Shown: positions 1-8,075 of the stretch, piece by piece | Position numbering within the stretch: the first letter of the stretch is position 1 | Layout: every line of letters begins with the position of its first letter | Source: an uncultured Atribacterota bacterium | Lineage (GTDB): Bacteria > Atribacterota > Phoenicimicrobiia > Phoenicimicrobiales > Phoenicimicrobiaceae | DNA: 50,043 bases | Direction: 5' to 3' | NCBI GenBank assembly: GCA_964632105.1 | Contig: CAZWFH010000001.1 | Location: 1 to 50,043, forward strand | Notes under the pieces: model-generated | What the model saw: only the letters and a program-made list of their open reading frames with translations | Told to the model about the DNA's origin: nothing | The model's database searches: none | Translations under genes and position numbers: made by a program

Positions 1-5
1 AGGGT

Positions 6-135
6 GTTCACTTTTAAAATTTAAATGGTTCACTTTTAAAATTTAACTAACACTACTTATAGATATTTTTTACTCATTACTATCTAAAAGATAAAACCGG
101 ACTGTTTTTTAATGATTTAAAGTTTAAAAGTGGAC
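6..135. repeat. Transposon-end-like site array: two exact 19-bp direct repeats plus one inverted partial copy
   Basis: GTTCACTTTTAAAATTTAA occurs at 6-24 and 28-46 (22-bp period). TTTAAAAGTGGAC at 123-135 is its reverse complement with 1 mismatch. The array lies just upstream of a truncated transposase-like ORF. Confidence 0.5.
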
Positions 136-202
136 TAACTTAGAACGGTAAAAAAAGATGTAATCTAGAACTAAATCTTAAAGGGGAAAGAGGTTCTAAA
201 TT

Positions 203-517
203 ATGTCCAAACAATTACACAAAAACCTTATCGATTATCAGGTTAAATCATTTTTTAAAGGTTATCTGGATAAAAAAATAAAGATTAATTATATTTTGCA
301 AATGCTTAATATCAAGAGAAGTAGATTATTTGAGTTGTTAGTAAAATATCGTAAAGATCCAGATAGCTTTTCTATCCAATATGAAAAAAAAACAATTAAT
401 CGAAAAATAAATCCAGATATCGAGAAAAATATTATAAAAGAACTAGTCTTTTCCCCGCGCAATGACAGAGGGACTAAAACTAACAATAATTTACCTAAAA
501 ATGGGGAAAGTGTGTAA
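203..517 (+). pseudogene. Truncated transposase/integrase N-terminal HTH fragment
   Basis: 104-aa ORF with RBS AAAGGGGAAAGAGG upstream. The segment IKRSRLFELLVKYRKDPDSFSIQYEKKTINRKINPDIEKNIIKEL resembles the N-terminal HTH and linker of DDE transposases (IS481/Mu-like). No catalytic core follows; the ORF ends in low-complexity sequence. Confidence 0.35.
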
Positions 518-703
518 AACCTGTGGAAAAATAGCTTCTTAAAAGCCTTGTAAACAAAGGGTTTCAGAAAGGGATAAACAGTAACATAGAACCCTATCTA
601 TTTAATTTAAAAGCAAAAAATATTAATTGTCTAAAAAAAATGGGAAGTTTTTCTATTTATTTAAATAAGACAAATAAAACGTCCCTCGTCTTATTCTATT
701 TTT

Positions 704-2191
704 TTAAATCGTTTTATTAATATAATAAGCAACTGGTGCAAAATTATCAGTCAAAATTGGAATATCCGCATCAACCGTCTTTTTCCATAAATGCTGCAAA
801 TATTCATTTAGCTTTGGATCACTGTCATTAAAAGTTTGATCTTTTTCAGATTTTAGGGCTACTAAAATTATGTTTTGAACTATATTGCTGGCCCCCGAAT
901 CTCTCACAGGAAATAAATAAACTTGTGGGAAAAGGCTTTTATATGTTGCGTATTCTGCTCTTAAAAATTTACCTTTTTCGCCTTCTATCGCTGAAATAAT
1001 GTTTAATATAACAATCCCATCATCATTCAAAATATTATATTTTTTTTGCACCGCTTCTTTTGTTGTTAATTGGTATGGCAAAGAATAACGAGAACTAAAA
1101 GCATCTCCAAAAATTACATCATATTTTCCTTGTGTTTTGTTTAAAAATACCCTTCCGTCTTCATGATAAATAGTTAGCCTTGGATTTTCTTCTAATCTAA
1201 AGTATTTTTTTGCGAGCTCGGTCACTTTGGGATCAATTTCAACTACATCAATTGTTGCCTCGGGATATTTATGTAAAAAGTCTTTGGGATATGAATACCC
1301 TGCACCGCCAAGCATCAATGTTTTTTTAAAATTCGGATTAAAATGTTTTGCCAAATGATAATATTTTGTGTATTCGTTAACTAATTCGTCACTATCTAAA
1401 AACATCGACGAATGATTCTCGTTGTTGATTCCCATCATTTTAACTATCTTATTTGTCCTAAAATCAATACGATTATAAATCCAAATACGATTATAGGCCG
1501 TATCAACATCTATAAATCCGCTTTTGGGGAGCATATAATTAAGTCCACTAATTGCAAGCCAACCAATAACAACAATAGCAAAAACAGATAGCTTGATCCT
1601 AGTGTCTTTTTTTGCAGAAAGTGCCAACGAAATAATAATTAATGTTATTGATAAAATAATCAATAATTTATTTGTGCCGAAGTGTGGAATTAAATAAAAA
1701 CCGGCCAAAAATGTTCCGAAGATGCTTCCAGTGGTCGATATTGCATAAAGATTACCTACCGTTGAGGCCGAAGTATTTAAGTTCTTTATTTTTAATTTTA
1801 CAGCATAAGGAGAAACCATTCCCAAAAACACGCTGGCTGGCAAAAATAAACTAAGAGATGCTAAAACCGAGGAAGTTCGGATATCTGTAAAACTATTTTG
1901 CAAAACAAAAAGCCAAAAGTCTTTTATTAAAACCGTCAGGCCAATTGAAATTGCCGCTAAAAAAATAATCAGGGATAAACTTTTAAAACTGGATTTTTTA
2001 TCTGCAATTTTTCCGCCTAAATAGTAACCAAGACTAAGACTCCCCAAAATAATACCTATCAAGCTAGTCCAAACGAAAAGCGATGTTCCAAAATATGGTC
2101 CAAGCACTCTTGAACCAACAAGCTCAAACATCATAACGACCGCTCCACACACGAATACTACAATTTCTAAAAGATATTTACTGATTTTCAT
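704..2191 (-). CDS. Membrane-fused spermidine synthase-like protein
   Basis: 495 aa. The N-terminal ~200 aa are multi-TM. The C-terminal half carries spermidine-synthase-type motifs (LMLGGAGYSYPKDF, VEIDPKV, DVIFGDAFSS). Confidence 0.8.
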   Translation of the reverse strand: MKISKYLLEIVVFVCGAVVMMFELVGSRVLGPYFGTSLFVWTSLIGIILGSLSLGYYLGGKIADKKSSFKSLSLIIFLAAISIGLTVLIKDFWLFVLQNSFTDIRTSSVLASLSLFLPASVFLGMVSPYAVKLKIKNLNTSASTVGNLYAISTTGSIFGTFLAGFYLIPHFGTNKLLIILSITLIIISLALSAKKDTRIKLSVFAIVVIGWLAISGLNYMLPKSGFIDVDTAYNRIWIYNRIDFRTNKIVKMMGINNENHSSMFLDSDELVNEYTKYYHLAKHFNPNFKKTLMLGGAGYSYPKDFLHKYPEATIDVVEIDPKVTELAKKYFRLEENPRLTIYHEDGRVFLNKTQGKYDVIFGDAFSSRYSLPYQLTTKEAVQKKYNILNDDGIVILNIISAIEGEKGKFLRAEYATYKSLFPQVYLFPVRDSGASNIVQNIILVALKSEKDQTFNDSDPKLNEYLQHLWKKTVDADIPILTDNFAPVAYYINKTI

Positions 2192-2830
2192 ATTTTTATC
2201 TTAGGCCTTCCTTTCGGCTTTAACTTAAAAAGCCTCTTAAGCTGTCCTTCAAGTCTTTCTATAAAATCATTGGGTCCAAGAGGTCGGCCTGCTCTGGTCT
2301 TTTCCCTAATCCCTTTCATTTCATCGGGATTATCAGGCGCCTCTATAAATTTCTTCCATTCTTTTGGTTCTTTCTCAATATAATCAAAAAGCTGGTTGGT
2401 TACCAAGGGGTCATCTTGATCGATTCCGCAATGTATTCTTGCGCTTGAGTAGGACCATTGCAACGATTCGGGCTATTCTTGGCATATATAGATTATAGGT
2501 TTTCGCAGAGGTGATGTAAAAGAAAATAGATGTCTATCCCTATTTTCTTCCTGTCACACTTCGATTCCCTACTCAATCCTTGAGTTCATAAACCGTTGAT
2601 GATATATTATATGCAGATTTACCATCAATCAAAGGTTAAAACCTAAACTCAGTCTGGGAGCATACAGGCTAAATAATAAGTTGAGAAGTTTGTAAATAGT
2701 CTCATATAAAATAAGGCTATATTATGCTAAACTCGGTCGCTTTCAACAGAGAAGACCTTAGGTGTTTGGCACTAGGCAAACTGTACAGTTAACCTCATGA
2801 TACTTATCCCTGCCAACAAAGAAGTTGAGG
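2188..2830 (-). pseudogene. Decayed IS200/RAYT-like (COG1943) Y1 transposase
   Basis: ORF 2188-2463 (WSYSSA...RAGRPLGPNDFIERLEGQLKRLFKLKPKGRPK) matches the typical C-terminus of this family. Upstream minus-strand frames hold broken matches (YNLYMPRIARIV; KYHEVNCTVCLVPNT*GLLC, compare AYCLMxNHxHLL) cut by stops and frameshifts. The upstream limit is approximate. Confidence 0.5.
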
Positions 2831-2873
2831 TGGCCGGTTAGCTGCGTTAAAATATTTACATAAGGAGGATTTC

Positions 2874-3131
2874 ATGAATCAGACATTGATTATCCTGGCA
2901 ATTGCAGTAGCGTCGATTATCTCATATTTCTACCGGATAAGGAGTCGTAAGGGAGTGGGAAAACAACGCGCCTTATGGCAGGAATGCCGCCAAAAACTTC
3001 GACTTCCTCTAAAGGTCGCCGATGAAACCATTGAAAGGCATATAAAGAGCTTGAAAAAAAGCCATCCAAACCACCCAGAAGAATGGTACCTGGAAAAGAT
3101 TATTTATGATTTGGACAGGGATCGTAGATAA
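2874..3131 (+). CDS. Hypothetical small membrane-anchored protein
   Basis: 85 aa with RBS TAAGGAGG 7 nt upstream of the ATG. One N-terminal TM helix is followed by a charged soluble tail. Confidence 0.5.
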   Translation: MNQTLIILAIAVASIISYFYRIRSRKGVGKQRALWQECRQKLRLPLKVADETIERHIKSLKKSHPNHPEEWYLEKIIYDLDRDRR

Positions 3132-3154
3132 AAGTTCTTCTGAATCCTTCTTTT

Positions 3155-3754
3155 TCAACGTATATATGTAAACAATATCAGTCCTATTGAAGATAGAGAG
3201 ATTACCGAGGAAATAAACGCTACTATTAAATTGATCTTCTCCTCAACCATGGCAGCTACCGTAGTCCCTATTAATATGAAAACAATACAAAGTACCAGAA
3301 CTGTATTATAAAACCATTCCGGAGTCGAATGAATACAGTCTACGACGATTAGTGGATACCAGGGAGCCCATAGTGAGTAACCGGTCATGATGAGTAAAGC
3401 TTCGAATCTACCGTTTCCACCGAACTGCTTACATAAAATATGAAGTACACCTGTACCTAAGATCCACATCAGGAATACCAGGGGTAGGAGGTAGAAAGCC
3501 TGTACCAGGTAGTAAACATCTTCCGGTAACTTGATCCAGGGTTTCACAAATTGAATAAAACCTCTAAAGTACAACCAGAGTGATCCCATCACATAGATCA
3601 GGCAGTAGACCAGTACACAAAGCCAACTACTGCTCTTTCGTCCCTTAGATATTTCCATATAAAGAGATTTAGGTGAGTAAAAAACTCGAATGAAATCCTT
3701 ATAATGTATTCTTAGTTTCCCTGCCACTCTTATCACCCATCTTCCCTTTGGCAC
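3155..3754 (-). CDS. Yip1-like polytopic membrane protein
   Basis: 199 aa with about 5 TM helices after a short cytoplasmic N-terminus. The family assignment is tentative. Confidence 0.45.
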   Translation of the reverse strand: MPKGRWVIRVAGKLRIHYKDFIRVFYSPKSLYMEISKGRKSSSWLCVLVYCLIYVMGSLWLYFRGFIQFVKPWIKLPEDVYYLVQAFYLLPLVFLMWILGTGVLHILCKQFGGNGRFEALLIMTGYSLWAPWYPLIVVDCIHSTPEWFYNTVLVLCIVFILIGTTVAAMVEEKINLIVAFISSVISLSSIGLILFTYIR

Positions 3755-4129
3755 TCTATCACTAAATTTACGGGGGTCAAATCTTTATTCTTGACAGATA
3801 CATTTCATTCTTTTTAAATAACAACACATCCTATTTTTTCTATGGTTTAGCTTTCCATTTTACGAAGTCTTCCTTTGGGACGTCTATCGAAAATAATATC
3901 TAAAGCCTCAACCATCCGGGCAAGAAACTCCTCAGATCCTATAGGTTTTCCGCTTAAAGATACCGAATTATTGACTTGGTACACCTTCCCTATTTATTCC
4001 CAATTATATTTTTTTATATTTTGTGAACTTGTGAAGCCTGACCCCGCATCCCCTTATTCAAGTATTTATCATTACAGTTTGGCATATCGAAGAAATTTAA
4101 TTATATTTTTTATAATAAGGAGGTTAATT

Positions 4130-4387
4130 ATGCAAATTTATTTAGTTTTAGCGGCGATAATTTCTATTTCTATTGTCATTTTTTCCTTTCAAAATCCCTT
4201 TCCCCTTATGGTTTATTTTCTTAATTGGGAAGTAAAAAGCTCCCTTACATTCATTTTAATTATTACCTTTATTGCCGGAATATTAACCAGCTTTTTAGTA
4301 ACTACTATATCAAGAATAAAAAGAATGCGACTAATTGCACGTCAGAAAAAGAAAATTGCTGAACTAACCAAAGAAGAAATAAGATAA
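4130..4387 (+). CDS. LapA-domain (DUF1049-like) small membrane protein
   Basis: The internal ATG at 4130 is preceded by AAGGAGG. 85 aa: two TM helices, then the basic tail RIKRMRLIARQKKKIAEL. The longer track ORF from 3875 has no RBS. Confidence 0.6.
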   Translation: MQIYLVLAAIISISIVIFSFQNPFPLMVYFLNWEVKSSLTFILIITFIAGILTSFLVTTISRIKRMRLIARQKKKIAELTKEEIR

Positions 4388-4624
4388 GGGAAGAAATAAA
4401 ATATATAGAATATTAAATCATAATAATAGCACTTTTTATTATAAACTTTAATCACCAAATAAAGATTATGAATCATTTATCCTATATTCCACTAAAATCA
4501 AATAGAAGCTGTGACAAAAGGATATAAAAGTACTTTAATTTTTTTGCCTATTATTCAAAAAAATATGCATAAATTAAATTAGATAAAATAAAGAAATTTT
4601 CTTTTTCTTCTCTTTCTACAACTC

Positions 4625-5558
4625 CTACAACCATTTTTTCTTCCTGAAAAAAATTAGCATTATAATACTTACGACTGCCATTATAAACAAAGCAGCAAAA
4701 TATCCCCAACAAAATTGAAGTTCTGGAATATAGAAGTTCATTCCATAAATGCCAGCAATAAAAGTTAAAGGAATAAATATAGTAGCTATTATGGTTAATA
4801 CTTTCATCACTTCATTCATTTTATTGCTAATACTTGAAAGATAAATATCAAGCATCCCAGAAATCATATCTCGGAATGTTTCTATTGTATCAATTACCTG
4901 AATGCTATGGTCGTAAACATCCCTTAGATATATACCGGTAGATTCTTCAATAAGCGATGATTCTGTTCTTTCTAAGCCGCTTATTATTTCTCTTAAAGGC
5001 CAAACTGATTTACGTAAAAATATCATGTCTCTTTTTAAGTTGTGAATTCCTTGTAAGGTATTTGGTGTAGGATTAGCTACTAATTTTTCCTCCATTTCCT
5101 CAATCTTTTCACCAGTTCCTTCTAAGATTACAAAATAGTTATCAACTATGGCATCTATTCAAGGTATATGCAAGATAATCAGCTCCTGATTTTCTCATTC
5201 TTCCCTTTCCTCTTCTAATTCTCTCTCTGATAGAATTGAAAACGTCACCTTCTCTCTCTTGAAAAGAAATAACGAAATTTAAACCAAGAATTAAGCTAAC
5301 TTGCTCGATCTCTATTTCACTCTTTTTTTCATTATAATAAATCATTTTCAAGATAATAAAGATATAATCTCCAAAATCTTCTATTTTGGGACGTTGATCA
5401 GTATTCATAATGTCTTCTAATAGAAGAGGGTGCAAACCTACATATTCTCCGATTTTTCCCATGATTTCAGCGTCGTGAATGCCATTTATGTTTATCCAGG
5501 TAACAGCGGGCTTATCCCCCAAAAGGAAAACATTCCTCCTGCACCTTGCACCTTGCAA
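4625..5558 (-). pseudogene. corA: Magnesium/cobalt transporter CorA, frameshifted and 5'-truncated
   Basis: The C-terminal ORF carries YGMNF and two TM helices. The N-terminal ORF carries VTWININGIHD...HPLLLEDI. Shifting frame near 5150 restores TL-IDAIVDNYFVILEGTGEKIEEMEEKL. About 45 N-terminal residues are missing, and the only 'start' is a TTG inside a TTGCAAGGTGCAAGG repeat word. Confidence 0.8.
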
Positions 5559-5621
5559 CCTGAAACTTACAGCTCTGACCTACACATACTAAATACTAAC
5601 GACCAACAACTGACGACTATT
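5540..5621. repeat. Mosaic word-repeat patch (CAAG words plus ACTAACGACCAAC words)
   Basis: CACCTTGCACCTTGCAACCTG and AAATACTAACGACCAACAACTGACGACTATTTTG. The latter is nearly identical to 38545-38577. Confidence 0.75.
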
Positions 5622-5951
5622 TTGCAAATTGATATCCACCGCCCGGATAGAATCATCTTTTTAAGAAAAGAAGTTAAACTAACTCCTACAGGATTTTCCT
5701 TGCTCTATCTTCTGGCTCAACATAGAGAAAAGGTAGTTAGTTATGAGGACATTTTAAAGGACTTGTGGAAGGGTGAAGAGGATGCAATTTACACCCGGAT
5801 AAATTATCATATGTGTAAAATTAGAAAAGATATTTCAAAAATAATGGATAAAAAAGAAGATAGCATAAAGAAGATTGAAAATATTTTTAAAGCAATCCCC
5901 GGCAGAGGTTTGATGTTAGACATTAAAGAAAGAGAATTAAAGTTAATTTAA
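5622..5951 (+). CDS. Stand-alone OmpR/PhoB-type winged-helix domain protein (possibly a regulator remnant)
   Basis: IDIHRPDRIIFLRKEVKLTPTGFSLLYLLAQHREKVVSYEDILKDLWKG...IPGRGLMLD fits the trans_reg_C pattern. There is no receiver domain, only a TTG start at 5622 and no clear RBS. The track ORF portion 5430-5621 is antisense to corA. Confidence 0.4.
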   Translation: MQIDIHRPDRIIFLRKEVKLTPTGFSLLYLLAQHREKVVSYEDILKDLWKGEEDAIYTRINYHMCKIRKDISKIMDKKEDSIKKIENIFKAIPGRGLMLDIKERELKLI

Positions 5952-5977
5952 AAGTTTAATTTCTCAATCCATATTTT

Positions 5978-6229
5978 TTATTTTTTTTCTTTATATTTTG
6001 AATATAGTTTACAAAACTCTTCTAAGCTTATCTCTAAATCTTCTCTGATTATTGTACGCAAAAGCCCTTTAGGTATATCTTTATTTTTATGAACGGGGAT
6101 AGTAGTCACTCTTTTTTGGTCTTCAGTTCTTAATCTTACATGGGAGCCCTTCGTTCTAACAATTTTAAAACCCAAAGATTGCAAAAATTTTATAAATTCC
6201 CTGCCTTTAATTGTGGGCAATTTATGCAT
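5978..6229 (-). CDS. hicA: HicA-family mRNA interferase toxin
   Basis: 83 aa. GREFIKFLQSLGFKIVRTKGSHVRL...IPVHKNKDIPKGLLRTIIREDL is a typical HicA signature. Confidence 0.85.
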   Translation of the reverse strand: MHKLPTIKGREFIKFLQSLGFKIVRTKGSHVRLRTEDQKRVTTIPVHKNKDIPKGLLRTIIREDLEISLEEFCKLYSKYKEKK

Positions 6230-6443
6230 TTTTAACTATTTCCAATTCTCTAAATCCTATAAATTTATTAATTTCTTCTACATCAGTTTCTTCAAGACAC
6301 ATCTGAATAACTTCTTTTATGTTTTCTAAAGCCTCATCAATAGTTCCGCCATAAGTATGACAGCCTTTAAATAAAGGACAACTTACAATATAATAACCAT
6401 CCTCATCAAGTTCAATAATTATGGGTAAATGTAATTTTTCCAT
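6222..6443 (-). CDS. hicB: HicB-family antitoxin (UPF0150 fold)
   Basis: Start at ATG 6443, preceded by AGGAGG. IIIELDEDGYYIVSCPLFKGCHTYGGTIDEALENIKEVIQMCLEE. Overlaps the hicA start by 8 nt. Confidence 0.8.
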   Translation of the reverse strand: MEKLHLPIIIELDEDGYYIVSCPLFKGCHTYGGTIDEALENIKEVIQMCLEETDVEEINKFIGFRELEIVKNA

Positions 6444-6552
6444 TTTCCTCCTCTTATTATAACAAGATAACACTTTTTTATTAATTATATCATAAAATCA
6501 AATATTTTATTTTCCAAAGTAAAACCATTTTATTCATAGATATTTCATCGGT

Positions 6553-6606
6553 AGAAATTCGGTTGAAATTCATTTGAAATTCAGTAGAAAACAAGGAGAA
6601 AACTCG
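6553..6606 (+). repeat. Five helically phased 11-bp direct repeats (iteron-like)
   Basis: AGAAATTCGGT TGAAATTCATT TGAAATTCAGT AGAAAACAAGG AGAAAACTCGA, about 80 bp upstream of the Rep-like gene. Confidence 0.55.
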
Positions 6607-6685
6607 ATACAGGAAAAATTTTTTATGATGTAATTATAGTGGTTGGCCAACCGATAATGACTATTTTCTACGAAGGAGAAAATCT

Positions 6686-7264
6686 ATGCAAAAAGAAAAA
6701 TTAAATAGACAAACCAAATCATCCAAAGAAGGTTATATCATTATGCCAAATAATTTTTTAGCAGAATGGATAAGGGTAATGGGTAAAGGTCCGGTTTTAC
6801 TCTATATCCAACTGCTTACCTATTGTCATAAAGAAAAAGATATAGCCTGGCCTGCACTGTCCACTTTAGGCGATAGTCTAAATATGTCCAAAAATAGTCT
6901 GATCAGTTATCAAAAAACTCTCCTTGAGTATGGCCTGATTAAAAAGATCACAGGAAGAAGAACTGCTCAGGGAAATTATCGGTCTAACCTCTATAAGGTT
7001 ACTCCTATAAGGAGTCCAAAAAATGGACCCGGCCAGGTCCAAAAAATGGACACGGGAAGTCCAAAAATTGCACTTGACCAGGTCCAAAATTTGCACCCTA
7101 ACAGTACTAATCTTAACATTACCAAATCAACAACAACAAATGGAGAAAATGTTGTTGTTAATTTTAAAAAATTAAAAGAGAAAGGAGAAGAAAAGATACT
7201 GGCAATTAGAGAACAGTTGATTAACTTAGATATTGAAGAAAGCTTAATTGAGAAATTGCTTTAA
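6686..7264 (+). CDS. Replication initiator-like winged-helix protein (phage O / DnaD-like organiser), ended by an in-frame TAA
   Basis: RBS GAAGGAGA. IMPNNFLAEWIRVMGKGPVLLYIQLLTYC...WPALSTLGDSLNMSKNSLISYQKTLLEYGLIKK fits the HTH_36-type Rep N-terminus. The ORF contains four internal iterons. Confidence 0.6.
   Translation: MQKEKLNRQTKSSKEGYIIMPNNFLAEWIRVMGKGPVLLYIQLLTYCHKEKDIAWPALSTLGDSLNMSKNSLISYQKTLLEYGLIKKITGRRTAQGNYRSNLYKVTPIRSPKNGPGQVQKMDTGSPKIALDQVQNLHPNSTNLNITKSTTTNGENVVVNFKKLKEKGEEKILAIREQLINLDIEESLIEKLL
7014..7096 (+). repeat. Four dyad-symmetric 15-bp iterons at 22-23 bp spacing inside the Rep-like ORF (candidate origin)
   Basis: GTCCAAAAAATGGAC at 7014 and 7037, GTCCAAAAATTGCAC at 7059, GTCCAAAATTTGCAC at 7082. 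An AT-rich stretch follows. Confidence 0.6.
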
Positions 7265-7591
7265 AACTATCCTGCTGAAAAGATCGAAGAGAAAATAGAC
7301 CTGCTTCTTATCAAGAGGAATATCCAAAGTCCCGCCGGCTGGCTGATGGCAGCACTTAAGAATGATTATCAGGATTTGGAACAGGAAGGATTTGATGAAG
7401 AACCTGTAGGAGGAAGCGAGGATCTCAAATGTAGGGGCACGATGCATCGTGCCCTCAACGAATCGGGACAGATAAATCCGTCCCCTACAGAAACAAAGAT
7501 AAACTCTGGAGATAATAAAAAAATCCTCTCCAGTGAAGAAGTAATAAGACGGTTTAAACTTCTAAGACAAGAATTAATGGCAATGAATTAA
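7265..7591 (+). pseudogene. In-frame continuation of the Rep-like gene (C-terminal domain), cut off by a TAA stop
   Basis: Same frame as 6686-7264. NYPAEKIEEKIDLLLIKRNIQSPAGWLMAALKNDYQ is a typical Rep/DnaD-like C-terminal motif. It also carries an in-frame palindromic insertion at 7430-7457. Confidence 0.45.
7430..7457. repeat. TGTAG-family palindromic hairpin (copy inside coding sequence)
   Basis: TGTAGGGGCACGATGCATCGTGCCCTCA. The core GGGCACGATGCATCGTGCCC is a perfect 20-nt palindrome. Confidence 0.8.
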
Positions 7592-7603
7592 TGCACAAGA
7601 ATT

Positions 7604-7660
7604 TGTAGAGACACGGCGTGCCGTGTCTTCTTCTTCACCACGGCACGCCGTGGTGCTACA
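7604..7660. repeat. Compound double-hairpin repeat (type B), copy 1
   Basis: TGTAG-AGACACGGCGTGCCGTGTCT-TCTTCTT-CACCACGGCACGCCGTGGTG-CTACA. A near-identical copy lies at 9311-9367. Confidence 0.85.
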
Positions 7661-7707
7661 TTTCGTATCTTGTAACTAAAAACTATTTTGATAAAGGAGA
7701 AAAATAC

Positions 7708-8022
7708 ATGTCCGAATTAAAAGAATTAATCGCTAAAGCCAAACAAAGAAACGTAAAAGCAATGGAGGAACTGTTCAACCAATTTAAACCTCTGTTGAAA
7801 TCAAGAGCCAGGAAGTATTCTCTATACGGTTTAGAATATGAGGATGTTTTTCAGCAGGCCGCCCTGCTCTTTATCCTGGCTGTTTACCATTATAAAGAAA
7901 AACCTCCTACTACCTTTGCCGGTTATATGAAAAAGAGAATCGACTGGGGATTGTGGGTCTATTATCGGGAATATCTTAAACAACAGATAGAAATATCCAG
8001 TGGCCTAAAAATAGGTGATTGA
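7708..8022 (+). CDS. Sigma-70 family region-2-only protein (RsoA-like half sigma)
   Basis: ATG 7708 follows AAAGGAG. ELFNQFKPLLKSRARKY...YEDVFQQAALLFILAVYHYKEKPPTTFAGYMKKRIDWGLWVYYRE fits sigma region 2.1-2.4. There is no region 4. The track ORF start at 7618 lies inside a hairpin repeat. Confidence 0.7.
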   Translation: MSELKELIAKAKQRNVKAMEELFNQFKPLLKSRARKYSLYGLEYEDVFQQAALLFILAVYHYKEKPPTTFAGYMKKRIDWGLWVYYREYLKQQIEISSGLKIGD

Positions 8023-8027
8023 GACTT

Positions 8028-8055
8028 GTAGGGGCGTATTGCCATACGCCCCTAC
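8028..8055. repeat. TGTAG-family palindromic hairpin in the sigma r2/r4 junction
   Basis: GTAGGGGCGTAT-TGCC-ATACGCCCCTAC: 12-bp arms and a 4-nt loop. Confidence 0.85.
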
Positions 8056-8075
8056 CAAATATCAGAAGGAGGATA

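Noticed and set aside
2464-2873. A GC-richer 400-nt non-coding stretch that looked like a structured RNA (group II intron fragment or other ncRNA)
   Set aside because: No intron domain V/VI or tmRNA/RNase P signatures were recognisable. Minus-strand translation gives broken matches to Y1 transposase blocks, so a decayed transposase gene is the simpler explanation.
3875-4129. The N-terminal 85 codons of track ORF 3875-4387
   Set aside because: There is no RBS at 3875 and the sequence is not protein-like. A strong AAGGAGG precedes the internal ATG at 4130, which begins the LapA-like membrane domain.
7618-7707. The N-terminal extension of the sigma region-2 ORF (MPCLLLHHGTPWCYIS...)
   Set aside because: It is a translation of the type-B double-hairpin repeat. 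The ATG at 7708 has a proper RBS and matches the usual N-terminus of small sigma factors.
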